In this document: positions 12,837 through 24,723 of the stretch, one piece after another
How positions within the stretch are numbered: the stretch's first letter is position 1
Layout of the letters: every line of letters starts with the position of its first letter
Source of the DNA: Gonapodya sp. JEL0774
Lineage: Eukaryota
DNA: 64,000 bases
Direction: 5' to 3'
Assembly: GCA_027604505.1 (NCBI GenBank)
Contig: JADIIX010000097.1
Span: forward strand, 1-64,000
Made by a program: the position numbers and the translations under genes
Notes under the pieces: generated by a model
Database searches by the model: none
Seen by the model: the letters and a program-made list of their open reading frames with translations, nothing else
Told to the model about the DNA's origin: nothing

Positions 12837-14263
12837 ATGACACTCTTTGTTCAAGCAGATCCATCGCCATGGCCATATGACGGCAATCTGACGCCAAGCA
12901 ACACCGCAATCATCGTCATCGATGTATGTGGGACATTCTCGCAGACAAAAGTCCTCAGTCCAAATTCTTCATTAATCAATCTTTTGGAACTTTCAGATGC
13001 AAAGGGATTTCTGCTCACCCGGTGGCTACGTGGATGTTATGGGTTGTGGGTTCATAAATCGCATTTCGCGAAACAGGACTTCTGCTGATCCCATTGCTCT
13101 CCTACAAACCACTGTTCAGACTCTCTTGTGAGCTCATAGATATCATCCATTTTGTTGTGTGAAGCTCTCCATGTTTTATTGATTTGCTACCATCGTGACT
13201 CTGGTAGGACGCCGCCCGAAAGTGCATCCAACCCATCGCCAACGTTCTCGAAATCAGCCGCCGAAAGGGGTTCCACGTTGTTCACACACGTGAAGGTGCT
13301 AAGAAATTGTTGTTTCGTCTCCGTGCTGGGCGACCCCCAACAACCCAAGTGACGAAATCGCACGACATTTGCAAAAGGCCACGATCCAGACCTCCATGAC
13401 CTCCCAGCGAATAAGCGGTGGCGTAGCAGACAAATCGGCAACGGAATTGGAATCGGTGATAAAGGCCCACTTGGTGAGAAATCAGATCCTTCATGTCTTT
13501 ATGTGGAACCATCGGAGCCTTCCATGGCGGATGTGAATGATGCTGTGTATATGTGTATACACACAGTGTTGTTGCCTATCATCATCACCCCCATCCACTC
13601 CAGTATGCTGATGCCGTTCCAAACTCTTCCCAACATCAGGCCGAATCCTCGTCCGCGGAGAGCCAGGGTGGGAGATAATCCCCGAACTCGCTCCTATTCC
13701 CAACGAGGTCATCATTGACAAACCAGGGAAGGGATCTTTCGTGAGTGCAATCGCGGCCAACGTACCATCCGTGTGTTCTCCACTTCCTCCTTTTGTCGCC
13801 GCTTTCTCAACAAATTGCTAGTACGGGACGGATCTAGAACTTATCTTAAAGCTCAAAGGTATGTAACTGTCAGTCCGGCGAGATACTTCGCGCAAATAAT
13901 TCTTCAGCTGTCTCCCACCCAACCCCCCACCACCCTCCCTCCTCCCAGGTATCCGCAACCTGATCATCCTGGGCGTCACAACGGACGTCTGCGTGCAAAC
14001 TACTTGTCGAGATGCGAACGACATGGGTTTTGAATGCGCGCTATTTCGCGATTGCAAGTTGAATGGTTCCCATTTTCTCGCGGTGACCCCTCAGTGAAGC
14101 ATTTCCACACCAACGGACACACACAGGCACCGCAGCGACCGACTTTAATAACTATCTCGTTGCTTTGAAAACTGTTTCTCAGCAGGGTGGACTATTTGGA
14201 TCTGTTTCGGACTCAACGTCCTTTATTGAGGCCGTCTGGGGACTTCCCGATATTTCATCATGA
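12837..14263 (+). CDS. Biuret hydrolase-like (BiuH) cysteine hydrolase, 9 exons
   Basis: [115 protein letters not shown]. Closely resembles bacterial BiuH as I recall it. Confidence 0.88.
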
Positions 14264-14346
14264 TCAGAAAGTCGTATGTGAATGTTAATATTAGCGAAAC
14301 AACAGGAGAGCATGCCCAAAGCAAACGGAGGATACAAATTTGAGAT

Positions 14347-14395
14347 CGATAACGTGTATCCCGTTATCGGGGGTGCTGATCAGTGGAGCGATAAG
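14347..14395. promoter_or_regulatory. Clustered GATA elements upstream of the permease (candidate nitrogen-catabolite-repression sites)
   Basis: CGATAACG (14347-14354) and CGTTATCG (14362-14369) form a perfect inverted pair; GATAAG at 14390-14395. Confidence 0.45.
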
Positions 14396-14733
14396 AAGAA
14401 ACGCCGACGGGAAGAACCCCTTTAGGAGAACCCCTGTTGCCCCTCCACATTTATTAAACCCGATCGCTTCCTTCCGGATTGATTAGCGAAGTCATTCCGG
14501 TTTCCACTTCCACTCTATACAGCCCAGGATTGAGACGTGCCCGAACCTGCAATTATGTCGGTGAGTTGCTTTCTTACGGTCCTCTGCCTTGTGCCTGCGC
14601 CTTGGCCATTCGTACCTTCCGCGTGATCGGTCACGCCGCGGATCCATTAAGACGCGAATGCGGCGTTTCGAACTCAAACAATGGATGCTGAGCGTAGAGG
14701 AAATGCAGGATCCCATGAAATCGAGCGAGAAGG

Positions 14734-17700
14734 ATGGTTCGCCCTATTGTCCCTGTCACCCACCTGCTCACACCAACTTACATCCCTCCCATTAATCGAA
14801 ACACCCGCTCACAGTTCCTTCAAACGGTTAATAAACGCGTCGCCGAATCACCGATCGGAACGTGGTTCTGTCTAGAGGGCTCCAAGGCCAAGCTTCCCGT
14901 CAGTTGCTTCTGGTAACCCCTTTTGTCGGCCGTATCTCATCCTAGTGAAACCCACAAATAGCGCGCAGGAACTACATTTTTCGGGGAGATTCGCGCGGGG
15001 CTTGCAACCTACATCACTATGGCGTACATCATCTCTGGTGCGCTCATCGAATAGCCCTTGGTTTTGATGTGGCGTTTAAATACTTTTCCGATTGCCTTCT
15101 CCCATCAGTAAATGCAAATGTCCTGTCTTTATCTGGAGGACCCTGTGTCTGCACTGCTGGACCATCTGATCCCATTTGTAAGTTGTTTGTAAGTCACCGC
15201 GTTAGTTCTTTGATCCAACCTGGTTTGGGCCTTCCTATTAGGTGCTGTGGACCCTGCCTACAATGCTTGTGTTTCCGGTGAGTTAAACTCTCGACGGTAG
15301 TGCTTATTGCACTTGTTTTAGCTCACTCACGTTGCCCATTTGTTTCATAGCTGTCCGCCGTGACATGGTGACAGCAACGGCGTAAGTTGCTGCTCTCCTT
15401 GCCAGAATGTCATGTGATCTTCGCTCACTTCCCACTGTGAAACCAGTGCCATTAACGCCCTGTCCACCGTATTAATGGGAATCGGTGCCAACTTGCCGTT
15501 CGCGCTGGCACCAGGTCTCGGAGCGTCTGCTTACTTCACTTTTACTGTCGTTGGATTCCATGGCTCTGGCTCCACCAAAGTATGTCGGCGCCGCCCAGAG
15601 TTGGAGTTTGATTGAAACTAACTCAAGAATAAACCCTTGATTTCATTGATTCTAGTATGGGGACGCTCTCGGCGCCATTTGCCTCGAGGGTATCATTTTT
15701 GCCATTCTCTCAATCTTGGGTGTCCGTCAATGGCTCGCGCGGTGAGTTGCGGATCCTGCAATCCCGAGCCAAGACTCACAGTGCGATCTCCCCGAACAGT
15801 CACATCCCAGACACCATCAAAACAGCAACTACTGGTGGAATTGGATTCTGTAAGTGCAATAATGCTGATTCTCCTACCGGCGTGCTGAACGAATTATATC
15901 ACCCATTTAAGTCTTAACATTCATCGGTCTGCAAAAGTCCGCCGGTGTTGCGATGATCGTTGCTGGTGAGTGATCCACGCTCCTTCTTATGGACTCGCTC
16001 TTAGTCATTCGCTCTAAATAGACAGTGCAACTTTGGTGGCCCTTGGAGGGTGTCCTTTGGGCGACATCGATTCGGCTGGTGAGCAACTCCTGTTGTGACC
16101 ACCTTTGTTGATCAACTTTAACGTGCATTTATGCGCTTTAAAAAGGCTTCTGTAATGGTAACCAGATGCGTAGTCCCACTCTATGGATTGGAATTCTCGG
16201 ATTTTTCATCATCATTTTGGTGAGAGAAAAATACCGACCTCAATTCGAGTATCCCTTGTAACCGAAAATGCGAATTTCAGGGAATGGCTTACAAGGTCAA
16301 GGGCTCCATTCTTATAGGCGTCCTCTTTGTGGGATTACTCTCTTGGATCCCTAACACACCTTTCACGTACTTCCCAAACACAACTGATGGTCAAGACCGC
16401 TTCTCGTATTTCAAAAAGGGCGTTGGTAAGTTCTACTTGTCGGTATTATTTCGCGTGATAGGCGATCGGACCTACCCAAATCCGTTTCTTCTCCCAGACT
16501 TCCACGTCATGGACACAGTGCCCGGCTCGATACGTTTCAACCTTGCGAGTGACAAAGTGTGGGGAGCATTGGTAGCTTTCCTCTTTGTCGTGAGTTGAGA
16601 GGCTGGTCGTCTTTTCGTATTGTATGTTGAACAGGTGGTTGACCCTTTTGTTGTTCACTTTCACAGGATATTCTCGACACCACAGGATGCCTGTTCTCCA
16701 TGGCGCGATATGCGGGCTTGATGAACTCACGGGGAAATTTCCCCGGCGACTGTAAGTTTTCTTTTCGCAAATCGTTTAAACAGAACTTTTCCTATCTAAA
16801 CATCTTTGCCTGACCTCTGGCCAAACAAACACTACTTACATACATCAGACGCCGCATTCATCATTGATGCAACATGCATTGCTATTGGCGCACCCCTCGG
16901 CACCTCTCCCGTGACGGTGTACATCGAATCTGGCGCTGGTCTGCAGGAAGGTGGACGGACTGGTCTGACGGCTGTCACGACCGGTATCATGTTCTTCCTC
17001 TCCTTGTTTTTCGCGCCGATTTTTGCTTCGCTACCACCGTGGGCTAGCGGACCTGCACTTGTTGCCGGTGAGACTGGAAACTTGGAACCATTATGTTCCC
17101 TTCGCCCGACTGAAACTTCCCTCACAACTTTCCCCAGTTGGCTCTATGATGATGCCCGAAGTAACTCATTGCAACTGGAAGTACATGTGAGTGATGCACA
17201 GGGTGGGGAGACAGGAATCATGATTGATCTAACTGGCATATTCGGATTCTCCTCTCTTGTGAACTCTAGCGGTATGGGTCTTCTCAGCGTGGAATTCTTG
17301 TTTATGGTTATCCAGTCCCTCATTCGATCGATTGTGTTATTATTTTTTCAGGCGATGCCGTTCCGTCCTTCCTCACCATTATGTAAGTTGCAGTTCTTGG
17401 AGGGGAGTCGGTTTTGACCAACAGAGCTAATCTTGCGTTCAAACTTAAAGTATTATGCCCCTCACATACAATATCGGTGAGTTTCATCCACTTGTCTCGA
17501 GAGGCGCTCGCCATCAAACTTGCTAATCTTCCGTCCTACTTTTTTGTAGCGGTGCGTGTGTTTGTTCTCTGTTGATCCTCCAAAACTGAAAATTGCTCAC
17601 TGCAATCTTCTTCTCGTAACTGTTTGTCCCAATGACTGCAGTACGGCATGTTCGTAGGACCATGGCTTGTTCAACTTCAGTTGTCATTGACTGACCTTGG

Positions 17701-18106
17701 TATCCTCCATTTCCCCGCAAATCTCACAGTGGCGCCGGCTTGTTCAGCTTCATCGCGATCAATGGCGCGATCTTTATCATTGAAAAGGCCAGCGGTGGCA
17801 GGATAACCACTGATCAGACAGACCGTCAACCGTGGCGCCAGGAGGGTGACGACAACTTCGTGAGTGATTCGATTGTTATTTCTCGATCTTGCTCGGTGTG
17901 TTCCAAGCATGATATCAACCATGCTTCTCAACTGATCTCACTCGTAGATTCTCCCCGACTGGGCTGTCCGTCGACTGTACGGAAAGAAGGACAAGGACGT
18001 CGACTCGCTTGACATCAAGCAAGTTCCTTCCGAGGCGGTGCCTTCGGAAATGGGTACCATCATTGTCGCGGACGAGCTGGCGGAGACTGCACCTGCAAAG
18101 GTGTGA
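14734..18106 (+). CDS. azgA: AzgA-type (NCS2 family) purine/nucleobase permease, about 20 or more exons including micro-exons
   Basis: [112 protein letters not shown]. The start is inferred as an ATG-only first exon at 14734. Confidence 0.9.
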
Positions 18107-18374
18107 CCTGGCCAAGTGCGGGAGAGGGGTTGATGTTTGGGAACAGCTGCTAATATAATCATCGTCATTGTATGGGGCGGTTCAACGGGACTTGGTTATG
18201 ATCAAATCTAATGGGTCAGAAGGTCTAGCGTGGTTTGTAATGAAGCCAGACGATACATACGACTATATAACATTAGCGACGAAACTCGTCGAACGAATGA
18301 ATTTTGGACGGCGTTTGTTCTGGTCTGGGTATCGGTGAACAGTTCAGATTTGTCGAAACATTGACACCAGGCAT

Positions 18375-18906
18375 CTACATAAGAAAGTCCACACATGTCT
18401 CGTATCGAGACCAAGCATCTTTGGCAGATTGGACTGCCTCCGGTGATGGATGTTGCAACGAGCAATCAGGGCTATCGGCAAAGAAATGGACAGGCCGCTC
18501 GTAGATCGCGAGGATGATGCAGCCCTCCGGGGAAGAAAGCGAGTGGCCGCTACCAGGATAGTGCGTCTGCGGAATTCATAAGATACTGCCAGATCGGAAT
18601 CGTCCCCCGACAACTCCGTTTCCTCACCCTCATCTGGCCCTTCTTCACCACTCCAAACTCGTCTTCCTGCGATCCATCCAAGACGATGATATTCTCGAAA
18701 CCTCGATGCACGTGAAAAGGCACTTTCGCTCCTGGACTGTACTTTAGAATCCGGGCTGACGGTCCATCAGTGACGTTGTAGAGCGGGTACTGAACTACGC
18801 CAGGGCGGAACGGCTGGAACGGGAGTGCGGCGAGATCGGAAGGAGAGAAAAGCGAGCAGGGCAGCAGGGAGTGTGCGCTGGACGGGAAAGATGTCGGTGA
18901 TGACAT
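18375..18906 (-). CDS. Small ChrR-like cupin protein, 2 exons
   Basis: LPFQPFRPGV...ARILKYSPGAKVPFHVHRGFENIIVLDGSQEDEFG, intron, then THYPGSGHSLSSPEGCIILAIYERPV. Shows the cupin HxH...E and later H metal ligands. Confidence 0.85.
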
Positions 18907-21564
18907 TCCGGGTGACACAGGAGTTTCACCGAGAGTTGATCGATATCTCGTCGGGGATGGACCCTCACAAAAGCATTGAACGATAATTTACATAACCCCC
19001 GCTTTATCACAACGAATGGAAGTGAAAATCCAATGTTAAATAGCGAACTTCCTGCACTTAGGATATGCTTCTGCGAGCTCTTCCCGTAGGACCTGGATGG
19101 GAGGTGTGTCGTGTTCTTCGAACCAGTATACGTTGGCACGCTTGTGTCAACAAGGAGATTGTGGGGTCATCTGTTCGCGCTAGATGTCATACGATCCTAG
19201 CATCTCTTACTGAGACGCCTCGATGTCAGATTTTGAACGGAATGCCGAGGTCGGGCATGGGGAACTTGTTCTGAGCACCTCAGAAGTGTTTCAATGAACG
19301 AGAATGGAAGGCTGTTCCACGGGGAAATCGGCAAAAAGATTGACGTGTTAAGCTAGTACCTCTACTGATAGTGTGAACTGGGTTGGAATGTGTCCCACTT
19401 TCCCAAATGAATACGAAACCCTCCAAAAGAAAGAATGGGCGGGAATGGTAATGACATGGCGCCAAGCTCACGATATTCCAGATGCAGCATCTCCGCCGAG
19501 CAAAGGAGCTCTTCACGTACAAACGAGGGCGGCCCCTGACTCTCGTCCGCCGCGTCTCAAAATCAAGCCCCACAAGGACCTAAAGAAAACCGATGTGGAT
19601 TCTCTCCGGACGTGTCCTTCAAGAGGGAGGACGAGGTCGTGTCAGTCGGCGCTTCATGTTTGCCCATGTACCTTAAATGGTTTGTCTGGCTGCCGCTGCC
19701 GCTCCGGAAAGGTGCAACTGTTCTGATTTACGTTGAAGAGGAGTACGCGGTCTTTGCCATGGGGTGAAGCAGACCTCCCTATTGGTACGCACAAAGCCAG
19801 TCCAGCTCAAGTTTAACAGTGTCAACGAGAACCGGTACCGGGCTCTTATCAAGAACTTCCCCATGCTCGCATGGAGCGCAAATCACGAGGAAGAGAAGAG
19901 AGGGTAGTGGTTCGAACCCACCCCTCCGAGCTACACTGCCGGAGGTACCTTACAATTCTGGACGAGGATCCCTACCATGGCTGAGATGGAGACATTTGTC
20001 AAGGAGTTTCATGCACAACCCAAGAAGGCGGCCGCTTTGGTGGGATGGTGACGGTATTCCCTCTCGAACACCCCCCGACGTTCTCAACATTCGCAACCGG
20101 CACTTTGAGGCGCTGTCCCACCGGTGCGTGTTGTTTTCGTTTCCATCCTTTGTTGCCTTCCTTGCACAGAACATCGCACGCACCCTCACGTCAAAATCAT
20201 TTGAAAGGGTCTTCGACTAGATGAAAGCTTGTCCGGTGCATTGGTTGAAATGCGATCGCGATACAAGCCCTGTGCAGACGAACCGCATGTATACTACATG
20301 GGGAGGGGTTCCCGGAATTCAAATTGAAAGAAAAACAAAGTTGTAGAAATAGGGGAATGTGCTTCGATATAAGGAAACACTAATGAGCTTGAATGTGACT
20401 TTCCAATTGTTTTCTTTCCCGGTTTCCTCCATTGATCTAGGTTACGCTCGTTCCTTTTCACAGTCGAAACATTTAACGCTCATATTGACGTTTATGACTG
20501 GCTGCGTGGTACCGTGCCGAGTTGTAGTGCAGCTGCTAAGTACCCTCCTCGCCGTTTGCGTGTAATGTGAACAGCTTTACTATGACAACATGAATTGTGT
20601 TCCACAATGTTTAATGAAATTACCAAACTTTACATTGCCGCTCGCAAGCAGAGTCCGGTGAAAGTATCTTGCTCTCTCTCTCGGTTAAGGCATCTATCTG
20701 CGTAGTAAGCGTAGGCACCTGCTCTCATAACATGACTGTAAAGTTGGTCCGGTCACGTGAATCATCCGTCTGCAAATTTCTTGTGTTTACAGTTGGACAA
20801 GCAATGAAGCAGGCCTTGCGAGGACTGTATGGATTTGCATGTTGAAATGTGTTTGCTTGGATCGGTTTACCGCGTGCGTCCATTCTCACCATTCTCACGG
20901 GGGTGCATACCATGTATCACCAACCTTGCAGTTTTGTTGTGATGATGACTGTTCCAATGAAACGGAAACCAAACACAATATTATATCGGGGAGTTGGACC
21001 AATCGGGTGAACACAGCACCCTTTGGGGCGGCTCCTCACCGACAGACGACAACAAAGCAGACCAGAAAAAAGGACAAAAAAAGGACGTGTTCCTGCGACA
21101 TTTTCGCCTGCGAAGTTTTTTTTGGCCAAGCGGGGAACAATCCAGGAGGGTTGTTATAGGGAACTAGAGAATGACATACGACGCTTGTGCTTCGCTTGTT
21201 CTGTCGTGGAATAAGATGAGCGGACTCAAAGAAGCTTTCCGTGTCCGCAACGGAAAAAAAGAGTGACAGCAGGAGGCTGCCGCCCTCCTCTCTCGGAACG
21301 GCGCATTGGCTTGTGTATAAAAGCAAGGTTTCTTTCATTTCCGTTTTCATTGTTTCATATACGTTCTCAAGGTAAGAGATGGAAGTTCCAAATCGTATTC
21401 GTGTCCGCCTTGTGTTCACTTTGGCTTCATCGTCCCTCTGCGGCTGTTGGTCCCACCTCATCCGTAAAAACTCCCTCTCAATCGTTCTCAAATCCTCCCA
21501 TCACACCAGCCGCGTTTCTTTTTCCTATCTTGCTCTATACTCTTCTCCCATCACACTCTCCGCA

Positions 21565-22508
21565 ATGGTCTCCAAGTCCCTCCTCTTCGCCATGGCCGCC
21601 CTCTTCTTTTCTGCCTCGACAACTGCCCACGTCAGCCTAAAACCCACGTCGGTTGCCAACGGGACCACTACCGACGTGAGTATTTTGTTTTTGAAGCGAG
21701 TTGTTGATTGCATACATAGCCCTCGAGATGATGACACAATCATGGATGGATCCGTCTCTCTGTTGTGATATTGCAGTTCGCCTTCAGAATCGGTCATGGC
21801 TGTGACGCACTCTACGACACAGAGGCGATGCTTATCACGATTCCACCTCAATTCACTTCTGTCAGGCCGAGGTTTAGTTTGAACCAGAACGTTACGGTAC
21901 GTGTTGCAAGACAATCCGCAGTACTCTTCCGAGAATCTCAACCCTGGTTTCCTTTTCATTCACCTATCTTTCAATCGAACCATCTATGATTGTTTCCGCA
22001 GGTCACCAAGACTGCGAACGGAACTACCGTCGCCGTTCAGTTCCTCAAGTCTGTTCCCAATGCCTTGTACGACTACGTTGAGATCGGTACGTGCCAAAGC
22101 GGGGACATTCTGCGCTTACTTTTTCAATCTGTAGGAGTTAGGTCTAACAACGACACTCCCTCCTCTTTGATCCTAGCCGCCAAGTCCCCAGCGACCGCTG
22201 GAGTCTTCTACTTCCCCGTCAACCAGACCTGCTTCAACAGCTCCTACACAAGCTGGACCCAGATCAACGCGACCGGCGATGCTGAAGTACCCAACTTTGG
22301 CCCCGCACCGTCAGTCACGGTGACTCTGCCCCAGACCAACCCTACTCTCCAGGTCGTGCCCTCTGCCAGCGCCAGCACCAGCGCCACTGCCACTTCAACC
22401 GCTTCCGCTGCTGGCTCCAAGGGAAACTCGGGAGCTCGCTCTAGTGCTGCGTCTGCCGCGGGAGGGATGGTTGCGATGGTGGCGGCGATTGCCGTTGCGG
22501 CTCTGTAG
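21565..22508 (+). CDS. YcnI/DUF1775-like secreted protein with Ser/Thr/Ala stalk and putative GPI signal, 4 exons
   Basis: Signal peptide ending STTA followed by mature N-terminal His-Val; RIGHGC; FYFPVNQTC...W; GPAPSVTV; hydrophobic C-terminus MVAMVAAIAVAAL. Confidence 0.75.
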
Positions 22509-23311
22509 GTTTCGTACAGAAAGTCCGGACACTGAGGAAGTCCGTGTAATTTTGTGTGTATCAACAACACCGACAATCCGAGTAATATTGGTTAGAAGAG
22601 CACACGTATAGTAATAAATACAAGTGTCTATGTCCCGATGCTGTAGCACATTCTCGTCGCCTTTCTCGCCTGTCCGCCCCGAACCAGGAACGAATCACAA
22701 CCTGCATAGCAAGGAATTTTAGTTGGATAATCCACTTTCTCGCCGATTTTCGCCTATTTTCGGTGGCGGTTGCGACTCCCATGTTGTCAGAGCATAATTC
22801 GTAGTTGTTCAGGAGGTTCCATTCTTCCATCATGATTGACGGGAGTTGGGCCAATCAGATGCAGCCACGAGTGCGCAGTGACGGGCCTGCCCTGACCACC
22901 CAGAGGCGCCAACAGACGGATCTTCGATGAGCGATTATCGCCATTCAAGGGGGAAAAAATATGGGATGTTTGCGGGGCCGCCAAGCAGTTCAATACTGAA
23001 TTACCAGAGTGTACAAGAACGAAGAATGAGAAGCATTTGTACTCCGAGAAATCGGAAAAAATGTCAGGGTCCTTGCCGCAACTGAGGAAGCCAAGAGGTT
23101 ATAAAAACAACGGTTTACACTTAGACTTCCATCAGTTCCCCATCTCCACATCTCCCCCCACCCTCCTGGTATGTGGATGCTCCACTTGTGTGTGACAAAC
23201 TGATCCATCTTGTGAAATGCGTTTGTGGCTCCCTCTGATGGCTTGTCCCGAATTCTCTTCGTCCTTTCTGAAGCCTCCGATTTCGGAATCGAACCGTCCC
23301 CCGCCCACACG

Positions 23312-23982
23312 ATGCTCGTGAAAATGTTGCTCGCTGTCTTCATGGCATTGATTGCTGCCAGCTCTACCTCAGCACATGTGGAGTTTGCAGTAGAATCTGC
23401 TCCCAATGGCACAACTTTTGATGTGAGCGTTACCCGGCCGGAAGTGCCTCAATTTTCCAAACGGCGTGCTTTCTTTCATATCGTCTGTAAACAAACGTCC
23501 ATCTCTTTTTTTTTATGTGCTGGAACTCTCCAGGCCACAATGCGTATCGGTCACGGCTGTGCTGCTCTCTATGACACTCAGTCTCTCAACATCACAATTC
23601 CCGCTCAGTTCACATCTTTGAGACCCCGCTTCAGCCTGAACCAGAATGCTACCGTTACAAAGGGTGTGAACGGAACTTTCCTCTTTGTCAGCTTCACCAA
23701 GCCCGTTCCCAATGCGGACTATGACTACGTTCAGTTTGGTTTGTGGAAAGCGGTTTGGCCTTCATTGTGTGGGTCACCAGCCTCACGCCACGACTCTATC
23801 CGTTTTCCGAATCAGCTGTGAAAACCCCCGCCTCGGGCGGTAAATTCTACTTCCCAACGTACCAAGCTTGCGGTGCAAATTTCACCAACTGGGCCCAAAT
23901 ATCGATGGACGATGATGATTCCGGAGCGGAGACTGACCCAACAATGGGGCCGGCACCGGTGCTCACGATCGGTTCTAGTTGA
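23312..23982 (+). CDS. YcnI/DUF1775-like secreted protein (soluble paralogue), 3 exons
   Basis: Signal peptide ending STSA followed by His-Val; RIGHGC; ITIPAQFTSLRPRFSLNQN nearly identical to its neighbour; FYFPTYQAC...W; GPAPVLTI, then stop. Confidence 0.75.
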
Positions 23983-24723
23983 GCGCAGTTGGTGGTGGCG
24001 CCTGTTGCAATCCATTTAGAACGAGAATAGTGAACGTACTTCATTGAGGTTAGCAGGAGAGGAGTGCAATAGAAATTTTGAAGTCACGGAATTTGATTCG
24101 ACTTGATCTGTTACACTGATTCCACAAACGCCTCCGAGTTCACGAGACATTAAGATGTACAGAACCAGCAAGTTCACCCAACGCATCACCAGCAATGAGG
24201 GGCACCGCCGGTGCTACGTGGATCCATTGCGATCCATCCTGGTCTGGTGGACATGGTGGAGGAAGACAGAGTGATCCGTGCATTTGAGAATATTCTGTGC
24301 CTCGGAAAGGCAGCGAATATCACCAATCTTACCAAAAAACATGGAGATTTTCGACGGTAGTGGTGGAGTTGATCGCGTTCCAAGGAAGGAAGAACGAGAG
24401 GCGGCTGAGAGTGCGGCACCTATGTACTCGAAGTGTAAATAGAGAACTGTGCACGATGAACGACGTAACATGCGACGCTCGGGCGAACCATATTCTACAA
24501 AGCTTTCAGGGCATTGACAAATTTCGAGTGGCCACATTAGAGTCGTGAGTAGTTTTGTTGCCATTCTACGGTGCTCGGTTTCATTCTCTTCCAGCCAACA
24601 GCCATCTCTCAATGTGTTCAGTCGTGAATGTCGGCAGCAGACTTCACAACATTAAAAGCGTCTATTTCTCTATTTCTTGTTAGGCACCAAATTTCTTTTC
24701 ATTTTTGTCTTTCTGTTCTGTCA

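Noticed and set aside
11333..14263. Calling either hydrolase a triuret hydrolase (TrtA)
   Set aside because: Both have GGY and TTDVC, which I associate with BiuH-type rather than TrtA-type enzymes. Specificity cannot be assigned without alignment or assay.
19865..19932. tRNA-like element (B-box GGTTCGAACCC in a hairpin; partial GCTCG/CGAGC pairing)
   Set aside because: No D-arm/A-box or anticodon stem, and spacing to the acceptor stem is wrong. tRNAscan-SE would settle it.
19280..21500. Short ORFs between the cupin and the first YcnI-like gene
   Set aside because: No motifs or consistent splice chain; treated as intergenic.
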